Part shown: positions 1 through 10,500 of the stretch, one piece after another
Layout of the letters: each line of letters begins with the position of its first letter
Numbering within the stretch: the stretch's first letter is position 1
Source of the DNA: a virus
Taxonomy: Duplodnaviria; Caudoviricetes
IMG/VR virus record: IMGVR_UViG_3300024264_002146
Coordinates: 1 to 63,270 of that record
DNA length: 63,270 bases
Strand: one strand, 5' to 3'
Translations under genes and position numbers: made by a program
Notes under the pieces: model-generated
What the model was told of the DNA's origin: nothing
The model's database searches: none
What the model saw: the letters and a program-made list of their open reading frames with translations, nothing else

Positions 1-1
1 A

Positions 2-2029
2 GCAGCCTTTAATACATCTGCTCTTACTGACCTTACTGGCAACGACATAAATCCACTTTATATAGCAGCTGGCGGCGGCTCATATCTTATAACAGGAATT
101 GATTTAGATGGAACAGGATCAAACTATTATCTTTCTCAAGATGGCGGCACAACGTGGACTAATGTGTTGAATGGTCCTAGTAGTGCAACTGATTTGACTC
201 AGACAGCATGGACAGGATCGGTGTTTATATCTTTGCCTATAGGATCTATAGGCATTTATGCCAAGATTCAACCAAATGGCACTTATGCTTTTGATACTAC
301 ATCTCCGTTTATTGGCACAGATTCAAAGGTATTATTTAGCGACGGCAACGGTTATGTTTATGCAATAGGAAATGATGCTAGTATAGGACCGTTTGTTGCA
401 AGTGTATCAAGCGACCATGGTGATACATGGGGTGCATATTCTCCTACTATTTTATCTGGCTTTTCAACTTTCGAAGAAAACTTTAATTATTTCCAAGCAG
501 GTGCAGCTAGTACATATGGAACAGCAGTTATTTTGGCATCTGATGGACTTATAGGCTTATCAACAGATTACGGAAGTACATGGACTACTTCGTCTCCATT
601 ATCTTCAGGCACGTGGCACGATATAACATACGGAAATGGAAGATTTATTGCAGTAGGAGAACTGCCCAGCGGCGACACTATATTCGCTAGAAGCTTTGAC
701 GGAATAAATTGGTATGAAGAAACTGTAATTACTCCAACGCCCTTTACTAGTATTCAATACGGCGAAGGCATGTTTATGTCATTTGGCCAATCTACAGATG
801 CTGATGAAAATAGAATTGGATTTAGTGCAGGCGGCGACACATGGAGATTAGTTGATAGCGATAGTTCAGCATTTGCATTCAATAATTTTGGACAATGGTC
901 AGGTGCTGCATATGGTAGTGATGGATGGATTGCTATCGAGAATCTTACTACTAATTTATGTCAAATAGACTATGGTGCTAGACCAATTATAAGAGCAAAA
1001 GTTTCTTCATCTAGAATAAGTGATTTATTAATTTACGATCCTGGAAGTAACTATTATCTTACACCTACAGTAACTATATTTGATAATTCAAATACTATAG
1101 ACGCACTAATTTCTGTAAATAAAGAAGATAAAGTTTTAGCACAACCAGAAATGTCTAATAGAGGATCAGGATACGTAACAGCTATTGCAACTATTACTGG
1201 CGACGGCTTTGCTGAAGTATTTCAAACAGGTTTATCATTGGTACTTTCAGATGTATCTAGAATTCCAGGACCTGGTGATAACTTAGAAATAAATGGCATA
1301 GGTGACGTTGTTTATAGAGTTGTTAGAGTAGATGAACAAACAGGAGCTGGGCCTTTTGAAATAACTGTTTCAATCAGTCCTAGTATAGGTGTTGAAGAAT
1401 CTCCTGCTCACGGTGAAGTAATTACTATTAGACAACAGTATAGTCAAGTTAGATTGACAGGGCATGATTTCTTAGACATAGGTACAGGAAATGTAAGTTC
1501 AACAAGATATCCAACTTTGTATCTAGAAGGACAAGACCCATTAAATGCAGCACAAGGATTTAACGAAACTGTTGCAAAAGGTGGCGGACGAGTATTTTAT
1601 ACATCAACTGACCAAGATGGTAATTTTAGGGCAGGAGAATTATTTGCTGTTGAACAGGCAACAGGTGTTGTCACAATCAATGCAAGTCAATTTGATCTAG
1701 GAGGTTTAACAGAATTATCCATTGGTGGCATTCAAGTAGGTGGCACCGAAGTTGTAATTAGAGAATTTTCAAAAGATCCTAAATTTATTGCTGATTCTAA
1801 TAATATTGTGCCTACTCAGGCAGCGATTAAAACTTATCTTGAAAGTAGAATTAGCGGCGGCGGATCAAATGCAAATACTAACAGACTAGTAGCAGGACAA
1901 GTACAGGTCGATACAAATCGACTAACAACTACTAGTGGTTTACAAATTAATGTAAACCAAAAAGTAAATCTAAAAAAAGGTGCAGATGGTCATTATCTAG
2001 CTTCACTTTTTTACGGAGTTGGAGGTTAA
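2..2029 (+). CDS. Large virion structural (tail/baseplate-type) protein with BNR/Asp-box beta-propeller; 5'-truncated
   Basis: Frame is open from base 2, so the true start is upstream of the window. Asp-box repeats SQDGGTTW, SSDHGDTW, STDYGSTW, SFDGINW. C-terminal domain (YSQVRLTGHDFLDIGTGN...GGRVFYTSTDQDGNFR) is shared with the next ORF. Confidence 0.7.
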   Translation, partial: AAFNTSALTDLTGNDINPLYIAAGGGSYLITGIDLDGTGSNYYLSQDGGTTWTNVLNGPSSATDLTQTAWTGSVFISLPIGSIGIYAKIQPNGTYAFDTTSPFIGTDSKVLFSDGNGYVYAIGNDASIGPFVASVSSDHGDTWGAYSPTILSGFSTFEENFNYFQAGAASTYGTAVILASDGLIGLSTDYGSTWTTSSPLSSGTWHDITYGNGRFIAVGELPSGDTIFARSFDGINWYEETVITPTPFTSIQYGEGMFMSFGQSTDADENRIGFSAGGDTWRLVDSDSSAFAFNNFGQWSGAAYGSDGWIAIENLTTNLCQIDYGARPIIRAKVSSSRISDLLIYDPGSNYYLTPTVTIFDNSNTIDALISVNKEDKVLAQPEMSNRGSGYVTAIATITGDGFAEVFQTGLSLVLSDVSRIPGPGDNLEINGIGDVVYRVVRVDEQTGAGPFEITVSISPSIGVEESPAHGEVITIRQQYSQVRLTGHDFLDIGTGNVSSTRYPTLYLEGQDPLNAAQGFNETVAKGGGRVFYTSTDQDGNFRAGELFAVEQATGVVTINASQFDLGGLTELSIGGIQVGGTEVVIREFSKDPKFIADSNNIVPTQAAIKTYLESRISGGGSNANTNRLVAGQVQVDTNRLTTTSGLQINVNQKVNLKKGADGHYLASLFYGVGG

Positions 2030-2041
2030 ATATAGCATAAT

Positions 2042-2049
2042 GATAAATA
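2042..2049 (+). promoter_or_regulatory. T4-type late promoter box (GATAAATA)
   Basis: Intergenic match to TATAAATA-like consensus; the motif recurs before many structural genes. Confidence 0.65.
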
Positions 2050-2076
2050 CATATAACATACATGTAGGAAGAAAAA

Positions 2077-5000
2077 ATGGCAGAATTTAAACTAGGTAGA
2101 ATTAGATTTATATGGAAGGGCGACTGGTCCGCTTCTACAGTTTATTACAAAGATGATATCGTTCGCAACGGCGGTAATGTATATGTTGCTTTGTCAGGAC
2201 ATACAAGTTCAGTAGATTTTGCTAATGATCAAAGCATACATTGGAATAAAATGTCCGACGGCCAAGACTGGAAAAGCGACTGGCTAGTTAACACCTATTA
2301 CAAAATTAATGACGTTGTAAAATACGGCGGCTACTTATATATTGCTAATACAGCTCATACTAGTGCTGCAACAGTAACACTAGGATTAGAAGATGATCAG
2401 GCAAAGTGGGACCTTTACGGAGAAGGCTTTGACTGGAACGGCGATTGGAGCGAAACAGCTCGCTATAAAATAAATGATATTGTAAAATACAACGGTATAA
2501 CTTATATCTGTATTGAAGGTCACACAAGTGCTAGTAGTTCTTTAGGACTAGAAAACGATCAATCTAAATGGCAAGTATTTTCAGAAGGTTTTGAATGGCT
2601 AGGTAACTGGGCAACTGAGCAAAGATACAGAAAAAACGATATTATAAAATATGGCGGACAACTTTATGTTGCTAATACCGGCCATACATCTGCAGCAACA
2701 GAAACACTAGGATTAGAAGCTGACCAATCAAAATGGGATTATTTTCATAAAGGTATTGAATATAAAGGTACATGGGCAACTTCTATAAGATACAAAGTAA
2801 ATGATCTTGTAAAATGGGGTGGTGGCATATGGATTGCTAATACACATCATACAAGCACAACAAGTTTAGCAGCAGACGAATCTAATTGGGCACAATTTGT
2901 AGAAGGATTAGAGTTCGAAGATAATTGGAGTGCTTATGAAAGATATCAACCTGGCGATATAGTAACTTATGGTGGATATTCGTATGTAGCAGTCACAAAT
3001 AACATTGCTTTGAAACCGTCAGATAACACAAGTGATTGGGACGTACTAAACACTGGTTGGCGGTTCATAGGCGATTACGACGACGATAGTACAAATAGAG
3101 AATACATCGAAGGCGATGTAGTAAGACTTGGCGGATTTACATACCTATGTATAGACAAGCATACTGGACAACGTCCACCTAATACTGATTACTGGGAAAG
3201 ACTTAACAGCGGTATCGAATGGAAAGGTGCTTGGGCAGATGCAACATTTTATGATGCAGGAGATGCTGTGCGCTATGGCGATAACAGTTATATTGCTATT
3301 GTTGCTCACGATTCAGACGAAACTGTTGCTCAAAACAGACCAGACCAAGATGTAGACGGCAGTGAATGGAATTTATTATCCGGCGGCGTAGAAACTAATG
3401 TACTAACAACAAGAGGCGACATAGTTTACTATGGCGGTGCTGGTCCAGCTAGATTACCAATAGGTGATAGCGGACAAGTATTAAAAGTAAACAATGCAGG
3501 AACTGATCCGCAATGGAGTTTCTTAGGTTCAATCAATAATGTTTACTATGTTGAAACAAACAACGGACAAGACACTCCTGCACCTACATACGGTACAACA
3601 CTTGATCAACCTTTTAAGACTATTCAATATGCTGCACAACAAATAGAAAATGGTGCATTAAGACCAAATGCAAAGTATTTGATAGAAACAAATAATGCAT
3701 TTGTAATGGACGAAACAGTAGAATGGGTAGATGCACAAGTTACAGCAAATGCTGGTACTCCATTTACTAATACGTTTACTTATGATAAAGCGGCTTGGGA
3801 AATATATAGTGGAAGATTAGTTTCTGCTATTATGTATGATATAACTCACGGTGGCAACCAAAAGGTAAGAAATTTAACTTTAGATATTTTTGATAACACT
3901 GATATTGTTGGCAAAGAAGCAGAATTTAATGCAGCAATGACTTACACTGTAGATTTAATAGATGCAGTAATAAGTAACGTTGCGCCTGCTGCTACATACG
4001 GAACTTTTAGTCAAACAACAAACGTTAGCTACTCTGAAGAAACCGATGCACAAACAACTATAGATAATTTACTTGTAATATTGACAGATGCAGTAACAGC
4101 AGGTGTTAATACAGGTGTTCCGGCAGAAAGAATTGCAAACAACACTATTTTTGTAAAGACAGGAGAATTTTCAGAAGTCTTACCAATTGTAGTACCTCAC
4201 AACACAGCAGTAGTTGGAGACGAATTACGATCAACTAGAATTGTACCTGCAGGCTCTTTAGTAAGTTCATCAGATACTCCGTATTCGCTAGCAGGTATTT
4301 TAAATTTAGAAAGTAATCTAAATGCACTGCTATCAGGAGACAACGACGGCCCAGGATTATCAGACGGATTAAGTTCGTTCTCAGGCGAATCAGTAGATTC
4401 AACATTAACTGTTGCAGATTCTGCAGTGGCATTAGAAGTAGCTGAACTTGCTAGACAAATACATGATTATATTGACTTTGGAGTAAATGGTGCGTCAGGC
4501 GACTCAACAATACCTACTAAGTACGGTAGTAATGTATTAACTACAACTATTGAGAATACATATGCTGCGGAAGTAATTGAGAAAAATAGAACTTATCTTG
4601 TAGAAGAGGTTATCGGATACATTGCAGCTACATATCCGTCATACAGTTATAATGCAGACAAATGTCGTAGAGACGTAAACAAATATATTGATGCAATTAA
4701 GCACGATCTTTTGTATTCAACTAACTATAGATCTTTACGGGCAGCAGAACAATATGTAAATGCAGTAAATGGATCAATTACCAAAGACATGTTTTACATG
4801 CGTAATGGTACAGGATTAAGAAACTGTACAGTATCAGGTCTTACAGGAACATTAAGCAGTGATAATGCATTTGGCACCAAACGTCCTACAGCAGGAGCAT
4901 TTGTAAGTTTAGATCCAGGTTGGGGTCCAGCACACACAGATGCATGGATTACTAACAAATCTCCATACGTACAAAACGTAACAACATTTGGTACAGGCTG

Positions 5001-6849
5001 TATTGGTTGTAAAATTGACGGTGACTTACACGATGGCGGCAACGACTCAATCGTTGCTAACGACTTTACACAAGTCGTAAGTGACGGTATTGGTGTATGG
5101 TGTACTAACTTAGGAAGAACAGAACTTGTTAGTGTGTTCTCATATTATGGACATATTGGTTACTTAGCAGAAAACGGTGGTAAGATTCGTGCTACTAACG
5201 GTAACTCATCTTATGGTACATTTGGTACTGTTGCAGAAGGCACAGATGTAACTGAAGTTGCAACCACTGGGCAAGTTACAAATAGATCGTTTGAAGCTGT
5301 TATAGATTCAGTATTAACAGATGGCGATGATATATTAATCTTTGAATATTTAAACGCAGGACAAGATTATACAGCAGGCGGCACAACCTTTACAGTTACG
5401 GGCGAAGGCTTCGGTGCAAGTATTAATACTCCTGTTGTAAATAACGGAGCAGTATTTGAAGTAAGAATGCTAAACCCATCAGATAACTTAGGTGGCAAAG
5501 ATTATATTACTGGAACTAACGCTGCCCAGGGCGGAAACGCTACAAGTATTACAGTTAGTAATACAGATATTAGAACAAGCGGACAATACATTGGTATGGC
5601 TGTATATATTACATCAGGTGTTGGTGTAGGACAATATGGATATATCGATTCTTACAATTCTGGAACAAAGATTGCTTCTATTTACAAAATGAGTGACGGA
5701 ACTCCTGGATGGGATCATGTCACTGGGCAAGCTGTAGAAACAACATTAGACGGAACAACTACGTATGTAATTGAACCAAGAGTTACATTTACTGCACCGC
5801 CTAGTGGCTTATACGCAGATACTGCAAAAGGCCGCGCATATGTTGAAGCCGGCCAAATTTCAAAAGTAACCCTTTGGGATACAGGTTCAGGATATACGTC
5901 TGCACCAACATTAACTTTTGTCGACCCAAATAATACAGTTGATGCACCAATACAAGTAAGAATTGCTGATGGTGTGCTTACACAACCTACGTGGACTGAT
6001 AGAGGAACAGGATTTGTTACAGCAGAAGCCGAAGTAACAGGCGATGGGTTTATGGATAGATATCAACCTGGAGAACTTATTCAAGTTGTAAATTTAACAG
6101 AAGAACCAAAAGCCGGCGCAAATGTAGAATTCGATCATTTACCGGGACAATTTTTTAGACTAGTTGTTGTAAGAGATTTAGGCGGCGTTGGTCCGTTTAG
6201 TGCGCAGTTACAAGTAAGTCCGAAACTGCCTATTACAGATGCACCTGAACACAATGAAGATCTTTCGTTTACACTGAGATACAGTCAAGTACGTCTAACT
6301 GGTCATGATTTCTTAGACATTGGTACAGGAAACTTTGCAAATACAAATTATCCAGGAGTACCATTAATTGACCCAATACCAGATAATGAAACTATAGATA
6401 GTGGCGGCGGCAGAGTGTTCTACACAAGTACTGACCAAGACGGTAACTTTAGAGTTGGCGAATTGTTTAGTGTTGAACAAGCAACAGGTGTTGCTACACT
6501 TAACGCTGATGCGTTTAACATAAGCGGCTTGCAGGAGTTATCATTAGGTGAACTTGGTTTAGGCGGAACAGGCGCAACAATTACAGAATTTAGCACAGAC
6601 GGAACGTTTACTGCTAATAGTGATAACATAGTACCTACACAAAAGGCAATAAAAACTTACATTACGTCACAAATAGGTGGCGGCGCAGCCACATTGAATG
6701 TAAATAGTATTACGGCAGGCCAGATACAAATATCTACTAATACCATAGAACATGTTGGCGATACGCAGATAAATGTAGAACAAAAAATGAACTTTAAGCG
6801 AGGAGTGGATGGCCACCCAGTCGCTCTTAACTATTTCTTAACACAATGA
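2077..6849 (+). CDS. Large virion structural/tail-fibre-like protein with N-terminal CBM5/12 (ChtBD3)-like Trp/Tyr repeats
   Basis: 1590 aa; AGGA RBS. About 8 tandem W-x4-Y-x3-D-x-V-x-Y-x-G-x2-Y repeats in the first ~430 aa; a pectin-lyase-like central region; C-terminus paralogous to the previous ORF. Confidence 0.7.
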   Translation: MAEFKLGRIRFIWKGDWSASTVYYKDDIVRNGGNVYVALSGHTSSVDFANDQSIHWNKMSDGQDWKSDWLVNTYYKINDVVKYGGYLYIANTAHTSAATVTLGLEDDQAKWDLYGEGFDWNGDWSETARYKINDIVKYNGITYICIEGHTSASSSLGLENDQSKWQVFSEGFEWLGNWATEQRYRKNDIIKYGGQLYVANTGHTSAATETLGLEADQSKWDYFHKGIEYKGTWATSIRYKVNDLVKWGGGIWIANTHHTSTTSLAADESNWAQFVEGLEFEDNWSAYERYQPGDIVTYGGYSYVAVTNNIALKPSDNTSDWDVLNTGWRFIGDYDDDSTNREYIEGDVVRLGGFTYLCIDKHTGQRPPNTDYWERLNSGIEWKGAWADATFYDAGDAVRYGDNSYIAIVAHDSDETVAQNRPDQDVDGSEWNLLSGGVETNVLTTRGDIVYYGGAGPARLPIGDSGQVLKVNNAGTDPQWSFLGSINNVYYVETNNGQDTPAPTYGTTLDQPFKTIQYAAQQIENGALRPNAKYLIETNNAFVMDETVEWVDAQVTANAGTPFTNTFTYDKAAWEIYSGRLVSAIMYDITHGGNQKVRNLTLDIFDNTDIVGKEAEFNAAMTYTVDLIDAVISNVAPAATYGTFSQTTNVSYSEETDAQTTIDNLLVILTDAVTAGVNTGVPAERIANNTIFVKTGEFSEVLPIVVPHNTAVVGDELRSTRIVPAGSLVSSSDTPYSLAGILNLESNLNALLSGDNDGPGLSDGLSSFSGESVDSTLTVADSAVALEVAELARQIHDYIDFGVNGASGDSTIPTKYGSNVLTTTIENTYAAEVIEKNRTYLVEEVIGYIAATYPSYSYNADKCRRDVNKYIDAIKHDLLYSTNYRSLRAAEQYVNAVNGSITKDMFYMRNGTGLRNCTVSGLTGTLSSDNAFGTKRPTAGAFVSLDPGWGPAHTDAWITNKSPYVQNVTTFGTGCIGCKIDGDLHDGGNDSIVANDFTQVVSDGIGVWCTNLGRTELVSVFSYYGHIGYLAENGGKIRATNGNSSYGTFGTVAEGTDVTEVATTGQVTNRSFEAVIDSVLTDGDDILIFEYLNAGQDYTAGGTTFTVTGEGFGASINTPVVNNGAVFEVRMLNPSDNLGGKDYITGTNAAQGGNATSITVSNTDIRTSGQYIGMAVYITSGVGVGQYGYIDSYNSGTKIASIYKMSDGTPGWDHVTGQAVETTLDGTTTYVIEPRVTFTAPPSGLYADTAKGRAYVEAGQISKVTLWDTGSGYTSAPTLTFVDPNNTVDAPIQVRIADGVLTQPTWTDRGTGFVTAEAEVTGDGFMDRYQPGELIQVVNLTEEPKAGANVEFDHLPGQFFRLVVVRDLGGVGPFSAQLQVSPKLPITDAPEHNEDLSFTLRYSQVRLTGHDFLDIGTGNFANTNYPGVPLIDPIPDNETIDSGGGRVFYTSTDQDGNFRVGELFSVEQATGVATLNADAFNISGLQELSLGELGLGGTGATITEFSTDGTFTANSDNIVPTQKAIKTYITSQIGGGAATLNVNSITAGQIQISTNTIEHVGDTQINVEQKMNFKRGVDGHPVALNYFLTQ

Positions 6850-6865
6850 ATGGAGATTAATTAAC

Positions 6866-7186
6866 ATGGCTACAGGAAGATTAGGAGTTGGAGACTTAAC
6901 TGGTGATGTGGATACAACATTGTATACATGTCCTACAGACACATTTGCAATAGCAAGTGTATCAGTTTGCAACAGAGGAAATTCGCCGACTACTATAAGA
7001 TTAGCAGTAGCGGCATCAGATACACCGTTGAATTCGGAATTTATAGAGTTTGATATCGAAATCAACCCCAAAGGTGTGCTTGAAAGAACAGGTATTGTTC
7101 TTGATGCAGGAAAAAAATTAGTTGTACGGTCATCAGGAGCAAATGTTTCAGCAGTTGCTTTTGGAATTGAGACGTCAACTGTATAA
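6866..7186 (+). CDS. Small beta-rich virion-associated hypothetical protein
   Basis: 106 aa, GGAG RBS, located in the structural cluster. Confidence 0.65.
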   Translation: MATGRLGVGDLTGDVDTTLYTCPTDTFAIASVSVCNRGNSPTTIRLAVAASDTPLNSEFIEFDIEINPKGVLERTGIVLDAGKKLVVRSSGANVSAVAFGIETSTV

Positions 7187-7189
7187 ATA
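7182..7189 (+). promoter_or_regulatory. T4-type late promoter (exact TATAAATA)
   Basis: Exact T4 late consensus overlapping the stop codon of 6866-7186, at the head of the Cys-rich gene cluster. Confidence 0.75.
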
Positions 7190-7211
7190 CATATAGGATA
7201 AGGAAACTAAC

Positions 7212-7544
7212 ATGGGTAGATATATATCAACAACAGGTACAGCAGCACCAGTACTTCGCGACATAGACACTACATATACTGCCGAGCCGCAAGATAGAAT
7301 ACTTGCAGATTCGTCAGGTGGAGCGTTTACAATTACGTTGCCAGCAGCAGCCGGCACATTAGAAGGTGATGTAGTGCAGATTATTGACGTAACTGGTTCT
7401 TTTGGATCAAACAACGTAACCGTTGGCAGAAACGGATCAAATATTAATAGCGATGCTTCAGATCTAACACTTGACATCAATGGCGCGATTGTTACACTAT
7501 TGTATACAGGCGCAACATATGGTTGGGTAATCTCAAGCACTTAA
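7212..7544 (+). CDS. Small tail-fibre/baseplate attachment-type protein (gp9/gp10-like domain)
   Basis: Motif DSSGGAFTITLP...GD.V.IID..GSF..NN.TV.RNG..I...L.Y....GW, recognised as typical of phage tail-fibre modules; AAGGA RBS. Confidence 0.55.
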   Translation: MGRYISTTGTAAPVLRDIDTTYTAEPQDRILADSSGGAFTITLPAAAGTLEGDVVQIIDVTGSFGSNNVTVGRNGSNINSDASDLTLDINGAIVTLLYTGATYGWVISST

Positions 7545-7557
7545 TGAGGAAATAACA

Positions 7558-8514
7558 ATGGCATCACTGCGCGAACTATTAGAGGCAAAAAACGAGATAG
7601 AGTCAAGCGAAAGCAACTTGGATACAGGTCGAGTCTACTCCTTTACCCCAGGCACTTCATGCATGAACATGCCCGGCCAATTTTTAATGTGTTGGGAATC
7701 TCCTGGTACAGGAGAAGCAATAATTGAGGTATGGGGAGCAAGCGGTTCAGCAGGCACTAACTGCTGCTGCGCATTAGGATTACCAGGTAATCCTGGCGCT
7801 TACTCTAAAAGGACACTGCCTGTAACAGGATCTAGTTTTGTATGTGGTAAAATGGGCGGCGCCTGTTGGAACACTACTTGTTGCTACAAAGGCCGCAGCG
7901 AATGTTCGTGCATTTGTTATTCAGGTTCAGCAGATACTGGTACAATGATTTCACAGGGCGGCCGAGGCGGCCCAACTTTTAATTCAAATAATGGTACTGC
8001 AATAAGTTGCTGTTATAGAGCTAATGGCTATCCATTTACACAATTTCAAGACTACTGCGGTATAGTTTGTAACTATGTGGCTGGAGAAATAGCAACTGCT
8101 TCGGGTGGTGATATTAATTGTGATGGCGGTTGGAGTTGTATGATATTTTATCATTGCAATTCCTGTTGTACATGTAGACACGTTCCGAGCATAAAAACTT
8201 CACCAGGAATATATGCAAATGATGGTGCAGTGCTTACATATAATATGGAGCACCAGACAGAACGGAACGCAGGCTCAGGCACAGGTCAGATTCACATGTA
8301 TTCTGCACTGTCGTCGGCAAGTAGATCACCCGGTGCTGTAGGACCCATGACTTACTGCTGGCAGAGCGGCAGATTCTGCTCGTGTTACGGCGGAGTGGCC
8401 TGCCACATGACATTACCGTTTGGGATACCAGCAGCGCCAGCACACGCTTGTGACAATCGATGGGATTACGGCATGATAGGTGGACATGGCGCAGTGAGAA
8501 TTACATTTAGATAA
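7558..8514 (+). CDS. Cys-rich, Gly-rich putative tail-tip protein (paralogue 1)
   Basis: 318 aa, 27 Cys by hand count; IEVWGASGS..CCC and terminal GGHGAVRITF motifs; GAGGA RBS. Confidence 0.65.
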   Translation: MASLRELLEAKNEIESSESNLDTGRVYSFTPGTSCMNMPGQFLMCWESPGTGEAIIEVWGASGSAGTNCCCALGLPGNPGAYSKRTLPVTGSSFVCGKMGGACWNTTCCYKGRSECSCICYSGSADTGTMISQGGRGGPTFNSNNGTAISCCYRANGYPFTQFQDYCGIVCNYVAGEIATASGGDINCDGGWSCMIFYHCNSCCTCRHVPSIKTSPGIYANDGAVLTYNMEHQTERNAGSGTGQIHMYSALSSASRSPGAVGPMTYCWQSGRFCSCYGGVACHMTLPFGIPAAPAHACDNRWDYGMIGGHGAVRITFR

Positions 8515-8526
8515 TAGGATTTTAAT

Positions 8527-9525
8527 ATGACAATACTTAGCGAACTTGTAAACAGTAGGTTTCCATCGGGTGCAGGCGGCAGCGCAGGCGTAGAAACAAA
8601 TTTAGAGGAAGGCATAATTTATGCATTTTCTCCGAGTACGCATTGCGGCAACACTTTCCAACAAGAAATGTGTTGGCTAGCTCCAGGAAGCGGAACTGCC
8701 GTAATTGAACTTTGGGGAGCATCAGGAAGTGGTGCTAGAATGTGTTGCTGCGGTGGCGGCGTTCCAGGTAATCCGGGAGGATACTCTAAACAAACTGTGC
8801 AAGTAGAAGCAGGCGACTATGTTTCGGGTATTATCGGTGTTTCCTGTGGTAACGATAGTTTATGTTGGAGAGGCTGTAGTCAAAGTAGCTGTGTGCGTAT
8901 TTGTCACGTAGGCGGATGTTCATGTTTGTGCTCAGAAGGCGGATATGGTGGTTTTTCAATTTGTTCGGAAGGCGGCAGCGGAATCGGCTGCTGTCTCAGA
9001 AGTAATATTGGACTACCTGGTAGTGAGTTCAGTAGTGGATGTGGAATTGTTTGTAACTTTCCGTGCATGGGTAGAGCATACCAAGGAGGCGTAGGCACTG
9101 CAGATGCACTGTGCTGCGGAGGACAAAGCTGCACAAGATTTTGGACATGTTGTCCTTGCTGTAGATGTAAAATGACGCAGATTCCTGCGGTAGCACCGGG
9201 TGTGTTTGCCAAAGGTACTTCTTGGATTGGTGTTCAAATGGAACACGATAACAGTGTATCTCAAGGCGGCATGGGGTCTGAGATGTGGAATCACGCAGCA
9301 GGCTTAAATAGTTTAGCAAAAACTGGCTACATGGGCTGGAACGGATTTCCAGCATCTTGTTGGGCAGGGTCTAGATCATGCGGTTGCTACGACAGCTCAA
9401 CATCTGGCATGCATCTTTTACCTTATGGTGTTCCAGGTACAACTTCGTTCTTATGCGATAGTGTACGACATCCTGGTTGGCGCGGCGGCATGGGTAACGT
9501 AAGAATAAGATTTATAGGATCATAA
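8527..9525 (+). CDS. Cys-rich, Gly-rich putative tail-tip protein (paralogue 2)
   Basis: 332 aa, 31 Cys by hand count; IELWGASGS..CCC and GGMGNVRIRF motifs. Confidence 0.65.
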   Translation: MTILSELVNSRFPSGAGGSAGVETNLEEGIIYAFSPSTHCGNTFQQEMCWLAPGSGTAVIELWGASGSGARMCCCGGGVPGNPGGYSKQTVQVEAGDYVSGIIGVSCGNDSLCWRGCSQSSCVRICHVGGCSCLCSEGGYGGFSICSEGGSGIGCCLRSNIGLPGSEFSSGCGIVCNFPCMGRAYQGGVGTADALCCGGQSCTRFWTCCPCCRCKMTQIPAVAPGVFAKGTSWIGVQMEHDNSVSQGGMGSEMWNHAAGLNSLAKTGYMGWNGFPASCWAGSRSCGCYDSSTSGMHLLPYGVPGTTSFLCDSVRHPGWRGGMGNVRIRFIGS

Positions 9526-9526
9526 T

Positions 9527-10489
9527 ATGGCAAATTTAAGTACACTAATACAAGCAAGATCAACAGCTGGATCAACACCAGAAACTAACTTAGCAGAAGG
9601 ATCGATTATTTGGTTTACTGCTAATACCTCAGACGGTACTCCATATCCGTGTTATGCACAATGGAAAGCTCCTAGCAACGGTAGAGTGATAGTAGAGGTT
9701 TGGGGAGCTGCTGGATCATCTAGTAGAGTTTGTTGTTGCGGAGCGTCAATGCCGGGCAATGCCGGAGCATACTCTAGAAGAGAAACTCTAGTAAGTACAA
9801 ATACATGTATTTGTTTTTGTGTAGGAATGCCTTGTACTTCACCTAGCAATCAAATCGAATGCAGCCAAGCAACTATGTTGTGTGTTTCAAATAACGGTGC
9901 AGGAGATACATTTTGTATGTGTGCTCAAGGCGGCGCTGGCGGATATGGCTACTGCATTAGCGGCGGTTCGATTGCTTGCTGTTTTGTAAGCAGCCAGGCC
10001 CTATGTAATAGTTTGAGTAGCGGTTGTGGATGGATATGCAATACTTGTAGCGGTAGGCACAATGCAACAGCCTATGGCGGAACTACAAATATTCAAGGCG
10101 GATATTCTAAACAGTATTTTGGACACTGTAACCCGTGCTGTGTTAACTGTCACTATAGCCTAGTAAAAACTAGCGCAGGTGTATTTGGCACAGAACCGTC
10201 TGAAATACGTCATAGCATAGATTGGTGTCGACAGTGCTGCGGCGGTGGCGATGTTATGCCTATGATAAATGCAGTAACTTCTGCATCCAAACAGCCGCAA
10301 CAAGGCGGCCACATCCAAGGCGAATGGTTTAGCACCCAATATTGTGGATGCTACCAATCTCATATGTGTCAGACTATGTACGGAACAGGAATACCAGCAC
10401 CAGGCGCTAACGGGCGAGAAAACGGCAGGGCCCATGGCACCAAAGGCGGCATGGGCGCAGTAAAAATTAACTTTATACCTAACTCTTAA
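9527..10489 (+). CDS. Cys-rich, Gly-rich putative tail-tip protein (paralogue 3)
   Basis: 320 aa, 29 Cys by hand count; VEVWGAAGS..CCC and GGMGAVKINF motifs. Confidence 0.65.
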   Translation: MANLSTLIQARSTAGSTPETNLAEGSIIWFTANTSDGTPYPCYAQWKAPSNGRVIVEVWGAAGSSSRVCCCGASMPGNAGAYSRRETLVSTNTCICFCVGMPCTSPSNQIECSQATMLCVSNNGAGDTFCMCAQGGAGGYGYCISGGSIACCFVSSQALCNSLSSGCGWICNTCSGRHNATAYGGTTNIQGGYSKQYFGHCNPCCVNCHYSLVKTSAGVFGTEPSEIRHSIDWCRQCCGGGDVMPMINAVTSASKQPQQGGHIQGEWFSTQYCGCYQSHMCQTMYGTGIPAPGANGRENGRAHGTKGGMGAVKINFIPNS

Positions 10490-10500
10490 GGATTACCAAA

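Noticed and set aside
2100-3360. Periodic repeats considered as a CRISPR array or DGR template/variable repeat
   Set aside because: The repeats exist only at protein level with degenerate DNA. There are no identical direct repeats, no adenine-specific pair, and no reverse transcriptase or cas gene in the window.
7558-10489. Cys-rich ORFs as RiPP precursors, selenoproteins or eukaryotic contamination
   Set aside because: They are ~320 aa with a phage Gly-rich scaffold and bacterial RBSs, have no in-frame TGA, and are continuous with the phage late operon.
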